Shown: positions 22,401-30,690, numbered from the stretch's first letter. The stretch: 64,000 nucleotides of DNA from Bacteroidales bacterium (GCA_017642535.1 JAGCOW010000096.1:15428-79427), one strand, 5' to 3'. Translations and numbers: made by a program. The notes: generated by a model not told the origin, from the letters alone.

Positions 22401-22504
22401 AAAGGATACGACGCCTCTTTTGTCGATTCCGACGAATTTAAGAAACCGTAACTCAACAACAGAATTCCCAAAACCAATATCGTATTTCGTAACATTTTTA
22501 ACAT
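19448..22504 (-). CDS. Glycoside hydrolase family 3 (NagZ-like) fused to a class C beta-lactamase-like serine hydrolase
   Basis: The GH3 N-terminal domain has KHFPGHG and a GAI/DALNM-type region, and the C-terminal half has the SxxK motif (ASVTKSA). The track start at 22582 reads through a palindromic repeat (VETCHGASL). I prefer the ATG at 22504 (MLKMLRNTILVLGILLL, a signal peptide). Confidence 0.85.
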   Translation of the reverse strand: MLKMLRNTILVLGILLLSYGFLNSSESTKEASYPFQGADMHWVDSVFNSMSIDEKIGQLFMVAAYSDPKQNNTEAVKKLITEQHIGGVIFFKGSPVLQAKMTNEFQSLAKIPLSVAIDGEWGLGMRLDSTISFPRQLQLGAIDEKNHHLIEEMGVEVGRQCVRMGIHINFAPVVDINNNPLNPVINTRSFGEEKRNVAEKGELYMRGMQSQNVLTTAKHFPGHGNVTSDSHYSLPLVSGTKEELENFELYPFKRLIKNDLTGIMIAHLYVPSMDKTKNLPSTLSPKIVKEKLRDDLNFQGLIFTDALNMKAVANAFPAGEVEVRALLAGNDVLEFSLDVPQAISAIKAALASGRVKQSDIDEHCRRILIAKSWMKVPERTHVDLQNLYEDLNTPSAKNLNRKLVQSSITVVRDSKSQLPFKKLDTKKFAVVSLTDKTSYFVKKLQKQTTVKQFVVPASNDYKTLEELLPKTLQELKAYDVVILDVQGSSSYPSKKYGITQPMVDIVGRIAKENNVVMVLHANPYALDYFKTVLPNVETLVVSHDFKRMVQEITPEVLFGALPASGHLPVSAGGFMAGSGISYGSIDRLRVGEPIEVGFDEKKLQKIDSVVNTFIGYGAMPGCEVLVARNGVVVYEKAFGRFSYNSADSVTETTIYDLASVTKSAATAVALMRLYDEGKFSLKKTLGDYLPYLQGTNKDTLLVSDVLTHQAQLKSGVSSLPTFIVDYYGRGKKSKTRSVDYPYMLDYQLYMTKDMQYVDGAFSDKKDDTHQIEIGENRYMFNGYRDTVFRLIMESPLLPNKEVVYSDLGFYLMTDVVKNLSGESLDEYLNENFYAKLGASTLGYLPLKKFEKSQIAPTENDEFFRKQLLQGYVHDRGAAILGGVSGHAGLFSDAYDLAKLLQMLLNEGSYGNEKFLNPQTIKLFTSCPNCENGNRKGYGFDKPEPNRLKLDPTCHCTSLDSYGHTGFTGTLFWVDPEESIIYIFLSNRVNRITPDAKNTMLGDSALRPRIQRLIYDAII

Positions 22505-22521
22505 TTCTCTTCTTTTTTTCC

Positions 22522-22549
22522 GTAGAGACGCGCCATGGCACGTCTCTAC
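22522..22549. repeat. GTAGAGACG...CGTCTCTAC palindromic intergenic element, copy 1
   Basis: The sequence is GTAGAGACGCGCCATGGCACGTCTCTAC: 9-bp terminal arms plus an inner GCCATGGC palindrome. It lies just upstream of the GH3 fusion gene start. Confidence 0.85.
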
Positions 22550-22573
22550 ATATACATCTCGTTTAATTTTTAT

Positions 22574-22598
22574 GAGACGCAATGAATTGCGTCTCTAC
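22574..22598. repeat. Related palindromic element, copy 2 (truncated left arm)
   Basis: The sequence is GAGACGCAATGAATTGCGTCTCTAC: a 9-10 bp stem sharing the GAGACGC/GCGTCTCTAC arms with copy 1. It lies 25 nt away from copy 1. Confidence 0.75.
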
Positions 22599-22611
22599 AT
22601 AATTTTTAATT

Positions 22612-23532
22612 CTATAAATATTCCATCAACTCCTTGTATAACAAATACATAGAATCAATATCAGATTTACATATTTTCTCATTCGGCGTATGTGGAAATT
22701 CTTGTGGAGCCCCAACGAAACACCAATTTACGGCATACGGTATTTTCTGCAACGACGCTCCGTCGCTTCCGCCTGCCGTTTCCACCTCACGTTGCACCGC
22801 AATATTCTCACGTTTTGCAATATTCAAAATTTTATCGACATACGTCCTTCGTGGCAAATTCGTGTCTTTCATAGAAACCACGCAACCCTTGCCATACTCT
22901 ATTCCGTCGGTAATCCAAGTAATATCGGCAATCAACGCATTGTGAATGTGACACATTTTGTATAGATGTCGCCAACAAAATTTCACATTTCCCGCACCTG
23001 TCTCCTCGCCTGTCGTAAAGATAATGGCACCATTTTTCATTGTTTGCGCAAGTTTGAGGGCCACGTACACGCCAACACGGTTGTCAAGGAATGGCGATGT
23101 GATATATTCGTCATCTTCACGGAAATTCGGCTTATAAGTAAGCAATGTTCCTCGTTCCAATTCTTGTTCACATTCATACACCAGACCGTCTTCGGTGGAA
23201 CGGGCAATGCACGAGATTTCTTTCCCATCAAGAATGCCGACAAGTTCCGTGCCTGTTTCGCACCGTGGAGAACCGACAGGGATCAACGACTTATCGTATC
23301 CAACCATAAAACCAACACTGTCAATGTGTACGACTATGGCTGTTCGGGGCGTTCCAAAAACCAACATGACGCAATCTTGGTAATCCTCGCCTACAATCAT
23401 CTTTGGCCTATGACGAAACGAAAAACTGTTTTTTTCCACGTATCCAGCAATAAACATTGCCAACCGGCTTTCGTCGCTTGAGGGTGCAGAAATACTACAC
23501 AATTTTTCCAACAATCCGTATTCGCTACTCAT
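22612..23532 (-). CDS. M42-like (glutamyl aminopeptidase/CelM-like) metallopeptidase family protein
   Basis: 306 aa. HIDSVGFMV resembles the M42 HMDEIGFMV motif, and TTGEETGAGN resembles the metal-ligand region. It is shorter than typical members. Confidence 0.55.
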   Translation of the reverse strand: MSSEYGLLEKLCSISAPSSDESRLAMFIAGYVEKNSFSFRHRPKMIVGEDYQDCVMLVFGTPRTAIVVHIDSVGFMVGYDKSLIPVGSPRCETGTELVGILDGKEISCIARSTEDGLVYECEQELERGTLLTYKPNFREDDEYITSPFLDNRVGVYVALKLAQTMKNGAIIFTTGEETGAGNVKFCWRHLYKMCHIHNALIADITWITDGIEYGKGCVVSMKDTNLPRRTYVDKILNIAKRENIAVQREVETAGGSDGASLQKIPYAVNWCFVGAPQEFPHTPNEKICKSDIDSMYLLYKELMEYL

Positions 23533-24121
23533 TTTTTACCTCGACATTTAATTTTTGCAATGCATAACAACATTCTTCGGCGGAACTCTTTGCCACGGCG
23601 CAACGAAACGCACACGCTTCGTCAAATGTCTGTGACAAGATTTCACATTTATATCGCTTTAAAACATTCATCACTGCACTATTTTGTTCGTATGTAAAAT
23701 TCAATATGAAATATGCCATAATGACTTTTTCCACAATTTTTGCCTGTTGCAACGCATCTTTGGTTGCCTCCTTGTATGCCTGCATCAAACCTCCGACACC
23801 AAGCAAGATACCACCAAAATAGCGAACGACAATCACAACCACATTGGTAACACCAAACGCTTCCAACTGACCTAAAATCGGTTTTCCAGCCGAATTTGAC
23901 GGTTCACCGTCGTCGGAGCAACGAAACCGTTCGCCTTCGTTCCCCAACTTGTAGGCCCAACAATGATGTCGAGCCGCATGATGTTCCTTGCGCAACGCTT
24001 CAAGACGCATTTTTGCCTCATCTTCCGTCGTTACTGGATAGGCGAACGCCAAGAATTTGCTCCCCTTGTCCTTGTACAATCCCTCCGATGGTTGCTCTAT
24101 TGTCTTAAAAGTCTCCGCCAT
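23525..24121 (-). CDS. YigZ / IMPACT family (UPF0029) protein
   Basis: 198 aa. The motifs [34 protein letters not shown] and VVVVRYFGG are characteristic. Confidence 0.9.
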   Translation of the reverse strand: MAETFKTIEQPSEGLYKDKGSKFLAFAYPVTTEDEAKMRLEALRKEHHAARHHCWAYKLGNEGERFRCSDDGEPSNSAGKPILGQLEAFGVTNVVVIVVRYFGGILLGVGGLMQAYKEATKDALQQAKIVEKVIMAYFILNFTYEQNSAVMNVLKRYKCEILSQTFDEACAFRCAVAKSSAEECCYALQKLNVEVKNE

Positions 24122-24279
24122 ATTCTAAAAACTCTCAAAATTACGAAAACACGGGGTTTGAGGAAATCTTCCGCACGCAAGTTATCAACCTATTGTACAC
24201 AATATTTTTAATATATAAAACGGATTATCAAGATGTATGTTTCCCCTTTTTGTTATTTTTGCAAAAAACGAATTGCGAT

Positions 24280-25284
24280 ATGAACTCACTCAAAGGGAAA
24301 AATTTCCTCAAATTATTGGATTTCACTCCTGAAGAAATCCGTTATTTTCTTGACTTGGCAAAGAAACTGAAAGCCGACAAAAAGAATGGTTGCGAAAAAC
24401 AGACAATGAAAGGTAAAAATATTGCCTTGATTTTTGAAAAAACTTCGACACGCACCCGCTGCTCGTTTGAAGTTGCCGCAGCCGACCAAGGTGCACACAC
24501 AACGTATCTTGGCCCAACTGGCTCACAAATTGGCGTGAAAGAATCTATGAAAGATACGGCGCGTGTTCTTGGTCAAATATACGATGCCATTGAATATCGT
24601 GGTTATGGTCAATCTATTGTGGAAGATTTGGCAAAATACTCAGGCGTGCCTGTTTGGAACGGTTTGACCAACGAGTTTCACCCAACACAGATTCTTGCCG
24701 ATTTTATGACTATGGAAGAACACAGTACAAAACCGTTGAACAAAATCAGTTACGCATATCTTGGCGATGCTCGTTTCAATATGGGTAACTCACTGATGGT
24801 TGGTGGCGCAAAAATAGGAATGGACGTTCGCATTGTTGCTCCCAAGGCTTTGCAACCAAGTGCAGAACTGATACAAACATGCCAAGAGATTGCAAAACAA
24901 ACAGGTGCTACGGTTACCGTAACCGACAATGTAATGGAAGGCGTGAAAGGATGTGATTTCCTTTACACCGACGTATGGGTTTCTATGGGCGAGCCTAAAG
25001 AAGTATGGGCAGAACGAATCACATTGCTGAAACCATACCAAGTCAATGCAGAGGTAATGATGTTGACGGGTAACCCGAACTGCAAATTTATGCACTGTCT
25101 GCCTGCATATCACAATCTTGAGACACAAGTTGGTCGCGAAGTTTTTGAAGAATTTGGCCTCGACGGCGTTGAAGTTACCGAAGAAGTGTTCGAATCACCT
25201 GCTTCCATCGTTTTTGACGAGGCAGGAAACCGTATGCACACAATCAAAGCCGTTATGGTTGCAACATTAGGCGAAGAGTGTTAG
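24280..25284 (+). CDS. argF: Ornithine carbamoyltransferase (classical OTCase type)
   Basis: The motifs [21 protein letters not shown] and HCLP are present. The track ORF begins at 24193, but the ATG at 24280 ([19 protein letters not shown]) gives a canonical 334-aa OTCase. Confidence 0.9.
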   Translation: MNSLKGKNFLKLLDFTPEEIRYFLDLAKKLKADKKNGCEKQTMKGKNIALIFEKTSTRTRCSFEVAAADQGAHTTYLGPTGSQIGVKESMKDTARVLGQIYDAIEYRGYGQSIVEDLAKYSGVPVWNGLTNEFHPTQILADFMTMEEHSTKPLNKISYAYLGDARFNMGNSLMVGGAKIGMDVRIVAPKALQPSAELIQTCQEIAKQTGATVTVTDNVMEGVKGCDFLYTDVWVSMGEPKEVWAERITLLKPYQVNAEVMMLTGNPNCKFMHCLPAYHNLETQVGREVFEEFGLDGVEVTEEVFESPASIVFDEAGNRMHTIKAVMVATLGEEC

Positions 25285-26189
25285 AACGTTTTTTTGAAAA
25301 AAGTCTTACGTATAGGATAGTAATCGGTTCTTTTGTAACCGTGTTGCTATCCTTATTTGTTTTCCTTATTGGCTACATATTCGCACCGAAATGCAATGGG
25401 CTGAACGGATTACAACTTTTGGCAAAATCAAATCTCGGCACAACCGAAATATGGTGTGTATTGTATATGCTCACCATTGAAACAATCTGCATTTTTCTGA
25501 TACCAGCATATTGTTTTTTTGTCTCGCTGTACAAAAATCCTCGTTTGATATTACGGCAACGACGTTACACGTGGAGGGAAATACTTCGTTCACCGCTCAT
25601 TTTGACCTTGGTTTTCATTACCCTGGCTAACATTCCAGGCATAAACCTTCTTTCACAACTCAACACCGACGGCATTTTATGCATTGTTGGCGAAGATTCA
25701 GACCTTTGGACCAATTACCAACGAATGAATGACTTTACGGAAATGCTTCTTGCAAACAGCAATTCTATGATTCTCAATATTGTATGTATGGCATTCGTGC
25801 CAGCAATCTGTGAAGAGATATTCTTTCGTGGTTTGTTACAAACCATAACGACAAACATCGTAAAAAACGTACACGTTGCCGTACTACTCGTTGCCGCCAT
25901 CTTCAGTTTTTTGCACGGTGACGTATTCAATTTTATTCCACGATTTGTTTTGGGAGTCTTTTTGGGTTACTTATTTATTTTCACACAAAACATTTTTTAC
26001 CCCATTCTTGCCCATTGCCTACACAATGCGAGCGTCGTACTGCTAAGCTCCGTTACGTCGTACAGCGAAGAATTGGAAACAATTGGCACAACCGACAACA
26101 AAGTGCTGCTCGGCATAGCAAGTTTGCTGATTTTGGCAGGATTCACGACAAGTCTTATCACTTCTCTATCACAAAATACTCAAAAGTAA
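25278..26189 (+). CDS. CPBP family intramembrane glutamic endopeptidase (CAAX protease-like)
   Basis: 303 aa, multi-pass membrane protein. It has the motifs [10 protein letters not shown] and FSFLHG. Confidence 0.85.
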   Translation: MLERFFEKSLTYRIVIGSFVTVLLSLFVFLIGYIFAPKCNGLNGLQLLAKSNLGTTEIWCVLYMLTIETICIFLIPAYCFFVSLYKNPRLILRQRRYTWREILRSPLILTLVFITLANIPGINLLSQLNTDGILCIVGEDSDLWTNYQRMNDFTEMLLANSNSMILNIVCMAFVPAICEEIFFRGLLQTITTNIVKNVHVAVLLVAAIFSFLHGDVFNFIPRFVLGVFLGYLFIFTQNIFYPILAHCLHNASVVLLSSVTSYSEELETIGTTDNKVLLGIASLLILAGFTTSLITSLSQNTQK

Positions 26190-26218
26190 TTTTTTCGTCA
26201 GCGGCGGAAGTAAAAAAT

Positions 26219-26246
26219 CCAACCTCTGCCCCGATATGGCACACCT
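26219..26246 (+). promoter_or_regulatory. Conserved 28-nt cassette-head element, copy 1
   Basis: The sequence is CCAACCTCTGCCCCGATATGGCACACCT. It ends 30 nt before the ATG at 26277 and aligns without gaps to the four other copies. Confidence 0.8.
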
Positions 26247-26276
26247 ACATTGTTTATTTGTCGAAAAAATAAAACA

Positions 26277-26861
26277 ATGGAAATAGAATTTTACGAAGAA
26301 AAAGACTTGACGGAAACGTACAAGCAGTTGAAAAAGATGATTGCCACTGTTTTGGGCGAAAACGAGTTTGAAACCATCACAAACGCTGAAGCGAAAGTTG
26401 TGGCGAATGGTATTTGGGAAAGTTGCTACAAAGTATCTTGGATATCTATTGATTACCTTGATGTAAAGCATTTTCTTGCTGGCGAAAATGGAGATGAAAC
26501 CACGTGCGAGAAGGCAATTTTTGCCTCGAGTGGTTATGGAAAAACGCTCAAAGAAGCGTACGAAAATGCGTTGAAACACCCTTTTATCAACGATTTTCAA
26601 CCGCAGTGTAAAGAAGATTTCAGCACATTGCAGTTTCCACATAGAATTATGATGCTTATTGCCGTTAACAACGTAGAAAACGAACCTACTACAGGGGAAC
26701 TTGAGGAAGTATTTTCGTATCTTCATAAGTCTCAAGATGATACCTATATTTTAAGGAATTATTTATTGGACGAATCAATGACGGAAGCTATACGAGTATG
26801 TTTGGTGGTAGTGAAAAACACCGAAATGGTAATGGCAAACAGAAATTTGAAAAACTCTTAA
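26277..26861 (+). CDS. FtsZ C-terminal-domain-like protein (H7 helix, T7-like loop and C-domain only)
   Basis: 194 aa from the ATG at 26277 (the track starts at 26250). Aligned by eye to FtsZ: ISIDYLDVKHFL vs NVDFADVKTVM; AIFASSGYGKTLKEAYENALKHPFI vs AMMGSGVASGEDRAEEAAEMAISSPLL; RIMMLIAVNN vs GVLVNITAG; LLDESMTEAIRVCLVVV vs LDPDMNDELRVTVVAT. There is no tubulin GTPase domain. Confidence 0.55.
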   Translation: MEIEFYEEKDLTETYKQLKKMIATVLGENEFETITNAEAKVVANGIWESCYKVSWISIDYLDVKHFLAGENGDETTCEKAIFASSGYGKTLKEAYENALKHPFINDFQPQCKEDFSTLQFPHRIMMLIAVNNVENEPTTGELEEVFSYLHKSQDDTYILRNYLLDESMTEAIRVCLVVVKNTEMVMANRNLKNS

Positions 26862-26965
26862 AAGAGTATTGGATAAAAAACGATAGTGATATTTCATAAC
26901 TAAAACAAATTCATCTATCAATGTAAATTTCATAAATATGTCAGACCATAAACAAAACATACTCC

Positions 26966-27697
26966 ATGTCTAATATATATTTGTCGCATATAGTTAACAC
27001 CCATACACCAAGAAAGGACGACAAATATCCGTTCAACATCCCAGCCATAAAGCGTTTGAATACGTTTGTATTTACCTCGAGTGTGACATATTTCATTGGC
27101 GAGAATGGAACTGGAAAATCAACATTGTTGGAAGCAATTGCCGTAAAAATGGGAATGAACGCAGAGGGAGGAGGACTGAATTTTAATTTCAGAACCAAAG
27201 AAACTCATTCAAAATTGTACGAAGAATTACGTTTTACGAGAACAAGTTATCGGTTGTCTGATAATTTTTTCTATCGTGCCGAAAGTTTTTATAATGCAAT
27301 CTCGTATCTCGATTCTCTTTGGTCTGATGGAAATCCTTTTTCTTCATATGGAGGTGAAAACCTTCACGAATTCAGCCATGGTGAAGGTATGGTCCGTTTT
27401 TTTGAAAATCGCTTGAAACAAGGTTTTTTCATTTTTGACGAACCAGAAGCAGCGTTGTCGTATCAGAACCAACTGAGATTTTTAGTTTGGTTGCATAGAG
27501 CGGTAGAGGCAGGCAGTCAAATTATTATTGGTACACATTCGCCTGTTATTCTTGCGTATCCCGATGCCAAGATTTATCTTTTGGACGAAATAGGTTACCA
27601 CGAAACGACCTACGAAGACAGCTATATTTACAATGACATGCGTTCGTTTGTCAACAATGTTTCGTTAATTCAGAAAGAATTGGGACTGACAAAATAA
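26966..27697 (+). CDS. Small ABC-type AAA ATPase (COG3910-like predicted ATPase)
   Basis: 243 aa. It has Walker A GENGTGKST, an SHGE signature-like motif, Walker B FIFDEPE and an H-loop GTHSP. Confidence 0.8.
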   Translation: MSNIYLSHIVNTHTPRKDDKYPFNIPAIKRLNTFVFTSSVTYFIGENGTGKSTLLEAIAVKMGMNAEGGGLNFNFRTKETHSKLYEELRFTRTSYRLSDNFFYRAESFYNAISYLDSLWSDGNPFSSYGGENLHEFSHGEGMVRFFENRLKQGFFIFDEPEAALSYQNQLRFLVWLHRAVEAGSQIIIGTHSPVILAYPDAKIYLLDEIGYHETTYEDSYIYNDMRSFVNNVSLIQKELGLTK

Positions 27698-27711
27698 AAA
27701 GTCACATTTTT

Positions 27712-27739
27712 CAAACCTCTGCCTTGATTTGGCATAGGT
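27712..27739 (+). promoter_or_regulatory. Conserved 28-nt cassette-head element, copy 2
   Basis: The sequence is CAAACCTCTGCCTTGATTTGGCATAGGT. It is followed 6 nt later by a perfect -7 box, TATGTTTG (27746-27753). Confidence 0.8.
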
Positions 27740-27798
27740 TGAGAATATGTTTGCGAAGTTTTTAATTTAAAAGTTGTGCCCGACACATATTAGGGATT

Positions 27799-28011
27799 AT
27801 GGATATGAACGATTATTATTTTTACGTTGCCCCAGACGAAGATGGTATGGGATGGGAATTTACGATTAGAGAGTTAATTGATATGGAATTCAAATCCAAT
27901 CCTGATAATTTTCCCGACAAAACCGCAAAAACAGAATTCTTAAAAAAGTTGATTGCCGATGTTGAGGAGTGTATCAAAAAAGTGGAAAACGATAGTGAAA
28001 TCAATAACTAA
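27799..28011 (+). CDS. Hypothetical small acidic protein (70 aa)
   Basis: The ORF starts 45 nt after the -7 box of element copy 2. I recognised no family. Confidence 0.5.
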   Translation: MDMNDYYFYVAPDEDGMGWEFTIRELIDMEFKSNPDNFPDKTAKTEFLKKLIADVEECIKKVENDSEINN

Positions 28012-28063
28012 ACGGAGATGCCGAAAGCCGTAAGTGGAGGCAAAAATTAAAAATATTAATAGT

Positions 28064-28201
28064 ATGTATCAATTAAATTTTCCGAACGGAAACGTTCAAA
28101 CGTACAGTTCACAAGGTGAATTGTTGAATGCGGCACGACTTTTAGGTGGCGAAGCAAAATTTATTAATGGTAAAATCTATGCTTTCGTGCCGAAAAAGTA
28201 G
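28064..28201 (+). CDS. Hypothetical mini-protein (45 aa, MYQLNFPNGNVQTYSSQGELLNAARLLGGEAKFINGKIYAFVPKK)
   Basis: Read by hand because it falls below the track's size cut-off. The ATG is at 28064 and the stop at 28199-28201, immediately followed by a hairpin terminator. Confidence 0.35.
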   Translation: MYQLNFPNGNVQTYSSQGELLNAARLLGGEAKFINGKIYAFVPKK

Positions 28202-28209
28202 GATTGTGG

Positions 28210-28241
28210 CGGCAAGATGATAAATTCGTCTTGCCGTTTTC
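28210..28241 (+). terminator. Intrinsic terminator closing the two-mini-ORF cassette
   Basis: The sequence is CGGCAAGA-tgataaattcg-TCTTGCCG followed by TTTT. It overlaps the track's extended start (28217) of the next ORF, which argues for the later ATG. Confidence 0.65.
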
Positions 28242-28267
28242 TGAAAAAAACAATATTTTTGAAAACA

Positions 28268-29245
28268 ATGAGTATGGATTTGTTATCAATTTGGAGAAAC
28301 GGAATGTTTGGCGTCATTGTTGGCGACGCTCTTGGATGTCCTGTAGAATTTGAGGAACGGGAAATACGCGACAACGACCCAGTTGAGGATATGCGAGAAT
28401 ATGGCTCTTTCAATCTGCCTCGTGGTAGTTGGACCGACGACAGCAGTATGGCTTTGGCGGAGATTGACAGTATCATTGAATGCAACGGGATTGATTTAAA
28501 ACACATAATGAACTGTTTCTCGCATTGGTATCACTCAGGCGAATATACACCTTTTGGAGATGCATTTGACATTGGCAATACTGTTCAACGTGCAATATCA
28601 AGATTTTCAAGGGAGGGAAATCCTTATACGTGTGGCGGTGTTAGCGACTATGACAACGGTAACGGTTCACTGATGCGTATTATGCCCATTTGCCTTTATT
28701 GCTATCAGAAGGGACTAAAAGGAGAAAAATGTGATGAAGCCATTCAACTTATTCATGCTGTATCAGGATTGACTCACAATCATTTGCGTTCTAAAATTGC
28801 TTGTGGACTTTATTATTTTATTGTCTGCGAAATACTTGACGGGGTAGGCACTCTGACAGATAGGCTACAAACAGGACTTGACAAAGGATTTGCCTACTAC
28901 GAGTTCAAAGATGGAACCGTTGAGGAGGAATTGCAATATTTCAATCGTATCTACAATGTAAAAGAATTTGCATTGACTCCCAAAGACGAAATTCAAAGCG
29001 GCGGTTACGTAATTGACTCTATCGAGGCTACGATTTGGTGCCTTGCCAATAGTTCCCAATACGATGAATGTACTTTGATGGCTGTTAATTTGGGCGACGA
29101 CACCGACACGACAGCAGCAATTGCAGGAGGATTGGCAGGACTTTATTACGGCACCGACGGCATGCCACAAGAATGGCTCAACTGCATTCAACGAAAAGAA
29201 TGGATCGAGGGGCTTTGTGAAAAGGTGGTTACAATTTTGTTGTAA
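28268..29245 (+). CDS. ADP-ribosylglycohydrolase (ARH/DraG family)
   Basis: The motifs are GVIVGDALGCPVEFE, SWTDDSSMAL and GDDTDTTAAIAGGLAGLYYG. A -7 box TATTTTTG (28254-28261) sits 6 nt before the ATG at 28268, implying a leaderless or short-leader mRNA. Confidence 0.9.
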   Translation: MSMDLLSIWRNGMFGVIVGDALGCPVEFEEREIRDNDPVEDMREYGSFNLPRGSWTDDSSMALAEIDSIIECNGIDLKHIMNCFSHWYHSGEYTPFGDAFDIGNTVQRAISRFSREGNPYTCGGVSDYDNGNGSLMRIMPICLYCYQKGLKGEKCDEAIQLIHAVSGLTHNHLRSKIACGLYYFIVCEILDGVGTLTDRLQTGLDKGFAYYEFKDGTVEEELQYFNRIYNVKEFALTPKDEIQSGGYVIDSIEATIWCLANSSQYDECTLMAVNLGDDTDTTAAIAGGLAGLYYGTDGMPQEWLNCIQRKEWIEGLCEKVVTILL

Positions 29246-29314
29246 TAAAGTGCTTTTGCATTGCTTTTATCTTGAAGAAATAATAAATTTGGTCAATAAT
29301 AAACAATTAATACA

Positions 29315-30192
29315 ATGAACTTGACATCCACCCCCAAAAAGAAGAATAAGGAAACGGTTAATCAACAACTGAATAAACTATTCAGCAAGTGGAAAGAAAA
29401 ACGTCATTATGACGAGTCTGTTTTTGTTAGTGATGGTTTGGTGTACAAGAATGCCCCTTGGAAAATGGAGAAAGAAGAAGAACTTGCTGGAACGAAAACT
29501 GATGTCAAAATTGACAAATTATGGAAAGAATCACCTTTGCGGATAGTATTTCTTCTTAAAGATACTCCGGATACTTGGGGAGACGATATTCGTCAATGGA
29601 TGATTTTAGATACTAAAGAAAGTACACAGTGTCGCAACTTGTCAGGTGGTCGAGTTGGTCGAACAGGATTCCTTCCCAACATTGCAAAAATATTATTTGG
29701 AATACGTTATATTAAAGAGTTGAAATACGATAATTTTGAGGATTTCAAAAAAAATATACAGAACGGATAGTGAAATCTTGGAACAAACTACCGTTTGCTT
29801 TTGTTGAAACAAAAAAAATTGCAGGAAACCCAAATGTGTCAATCAAAGAAATACAAGAGTTTTTGAAAAATGATGGTGAATTCCTTATGCAAGAGTTAGA
29901 TTACTTACAACCCAATGTGATAATTTGTACTTGTGACCCTCAATTTGATTTTATCACAACAAAATATCTTGCTAATGAGGTGATTGATGAAAGTGATAAA
30001 AAAGTATATAAGTATCCTTATGATCCGTATTTCGATTGTTGTTTATGGTACTATCACGAAAGGAATATTGCGGTTGTTAAATCGTATCATCCAACTAATC
30101 GAGGAAAGATCCAGTGGACTATTTTCGAACGTGTAGTAAGTCCGTTTAGGAAATTGTTGAAAGAGAATCCTCAATTCTTTGAAAAATTGTAA
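29315..30192 (+). pseudogene. Single gene split by a frameshift at an A8 tract (track ORFs 29315-29770 and 29770-30192); possible UDG-superfamily-like fold
   Basis: Frame 1 stops at 29768-29770. The second frame is open from 29740, so the two ORFs overlap across A8 (29747-29754). A 1-nt change would fuse them into a protein of roughly 290 aa. RIVFLLKDTP, NVIICTCD and SYHPTNRG are laid out like a UDG-like fold (weak evidence). Confidence 0.55.
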
Positions 30193-30330
30193 ATATAAAA
30201 TCTTATTTCAAGATTGACTAAGATAAAAATACGACACAAAGGGAATCCAAAGTTTTCGTCCACCCTGTTTTTCTCATAGCCTAATGAAAACAACTGAAAT
30301 AGAGTTTCAAAAAAAATGAAATAATAATAA

Positions 30331-30358
30331 TCTGCATCTGCCTTGATTTGACACACCT
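30331..30358 (+). promoter_or_regulatory. Conserved 28-nt cassette-head element, copy 3
   Basis: The sequence is TCTGCATCTGCCTTGATTTGACACACCT. It is followed by a TTTCTTTG near-consensus -7 box, and the ATG at 30388 lies 29 nt after the element. Confidence 0.75.
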
Positions 30359-30387
30359 ACTTATTTTCTTTGCAGAAAAAAATAGCT

Positions 30388-30690
30388 ATGGATGCAAAAA
30401 AGTTTTTAGCAAAAGTATCGGTATTGTGTGATAATGAACGATATTGCGAGTTAATTGATGAGATTGATGCCACTAATGTACGTATTGCAGAGTTGAAAAA
30501 AACATTTGAAGAGGAACGTTCAGCAATGATGATGAAGACGATTCCTCCCGAAATGACAGAGCGACATTTAATTTTTTTTGAAAAGTTGGAAAAGCTCGTA
30601 TTACAACGCTATGAAGACTATCACGACGAATTGCTCGAGGAAGTTTGTTCCATACAAACGCTTATTAGCCGACATGACCGACAGTGTTAA
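30388..30690 (+). CDS. Hypothetical small helical protein (100 aa)
   Basis: The ATG at 30388 is preferred over the TTG at 30370. It has coiled-coil-like composition and no recognised family. Confidence 0.5.
   Translation: MDAKKFLAKVSVLCDNERYCELIDEIDATNVRIAELKKTFEEERSAMMMKTIPPEMTERHLIFFEKLEKLVLQRYEDYHDELLEEVCSIQTLISRHDRQC

Noticed and set aside
24193-24279. N-terminal extensions in the ORF track at 24193, 22582, 26250, 28217, 30370, 32788, 40022, 41741, 50459, 52978 and 54224.
   Set aside because: Most use TTG or GTG. They run through repeats, terminators or promoter boxes, or they add non-homologous residues ahead of a canonical ATG with a signal peptide or a conserved N-terminus. I preferred the downstream ATG starts.
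26232-26260. The TGGCAC inside the 28-nt element read as a sigma-54 -24 box.
   Set aside because: A sigma-54 promoter needs TGGCAC-N5-TTGC at fixed spacing. The downstream TTG-like sequences sit 3 to 7 nt away in different copies. Copy 3 has TGACAC, and copies 2 and 5 have TGGCAT. A sigma-A-type TAnnTTTG box follows instead.
26966-27697. The COG3910-type ATPase as part of a two-gene defense system with the upstream FtsZ_C-like gene.
   Set aside because: The genes are separated by 104 nt with a plausible independent promoter. This ATPase family is widespread as a stand-alone gene. Nothing in the sequence links the two beyond adjacency.
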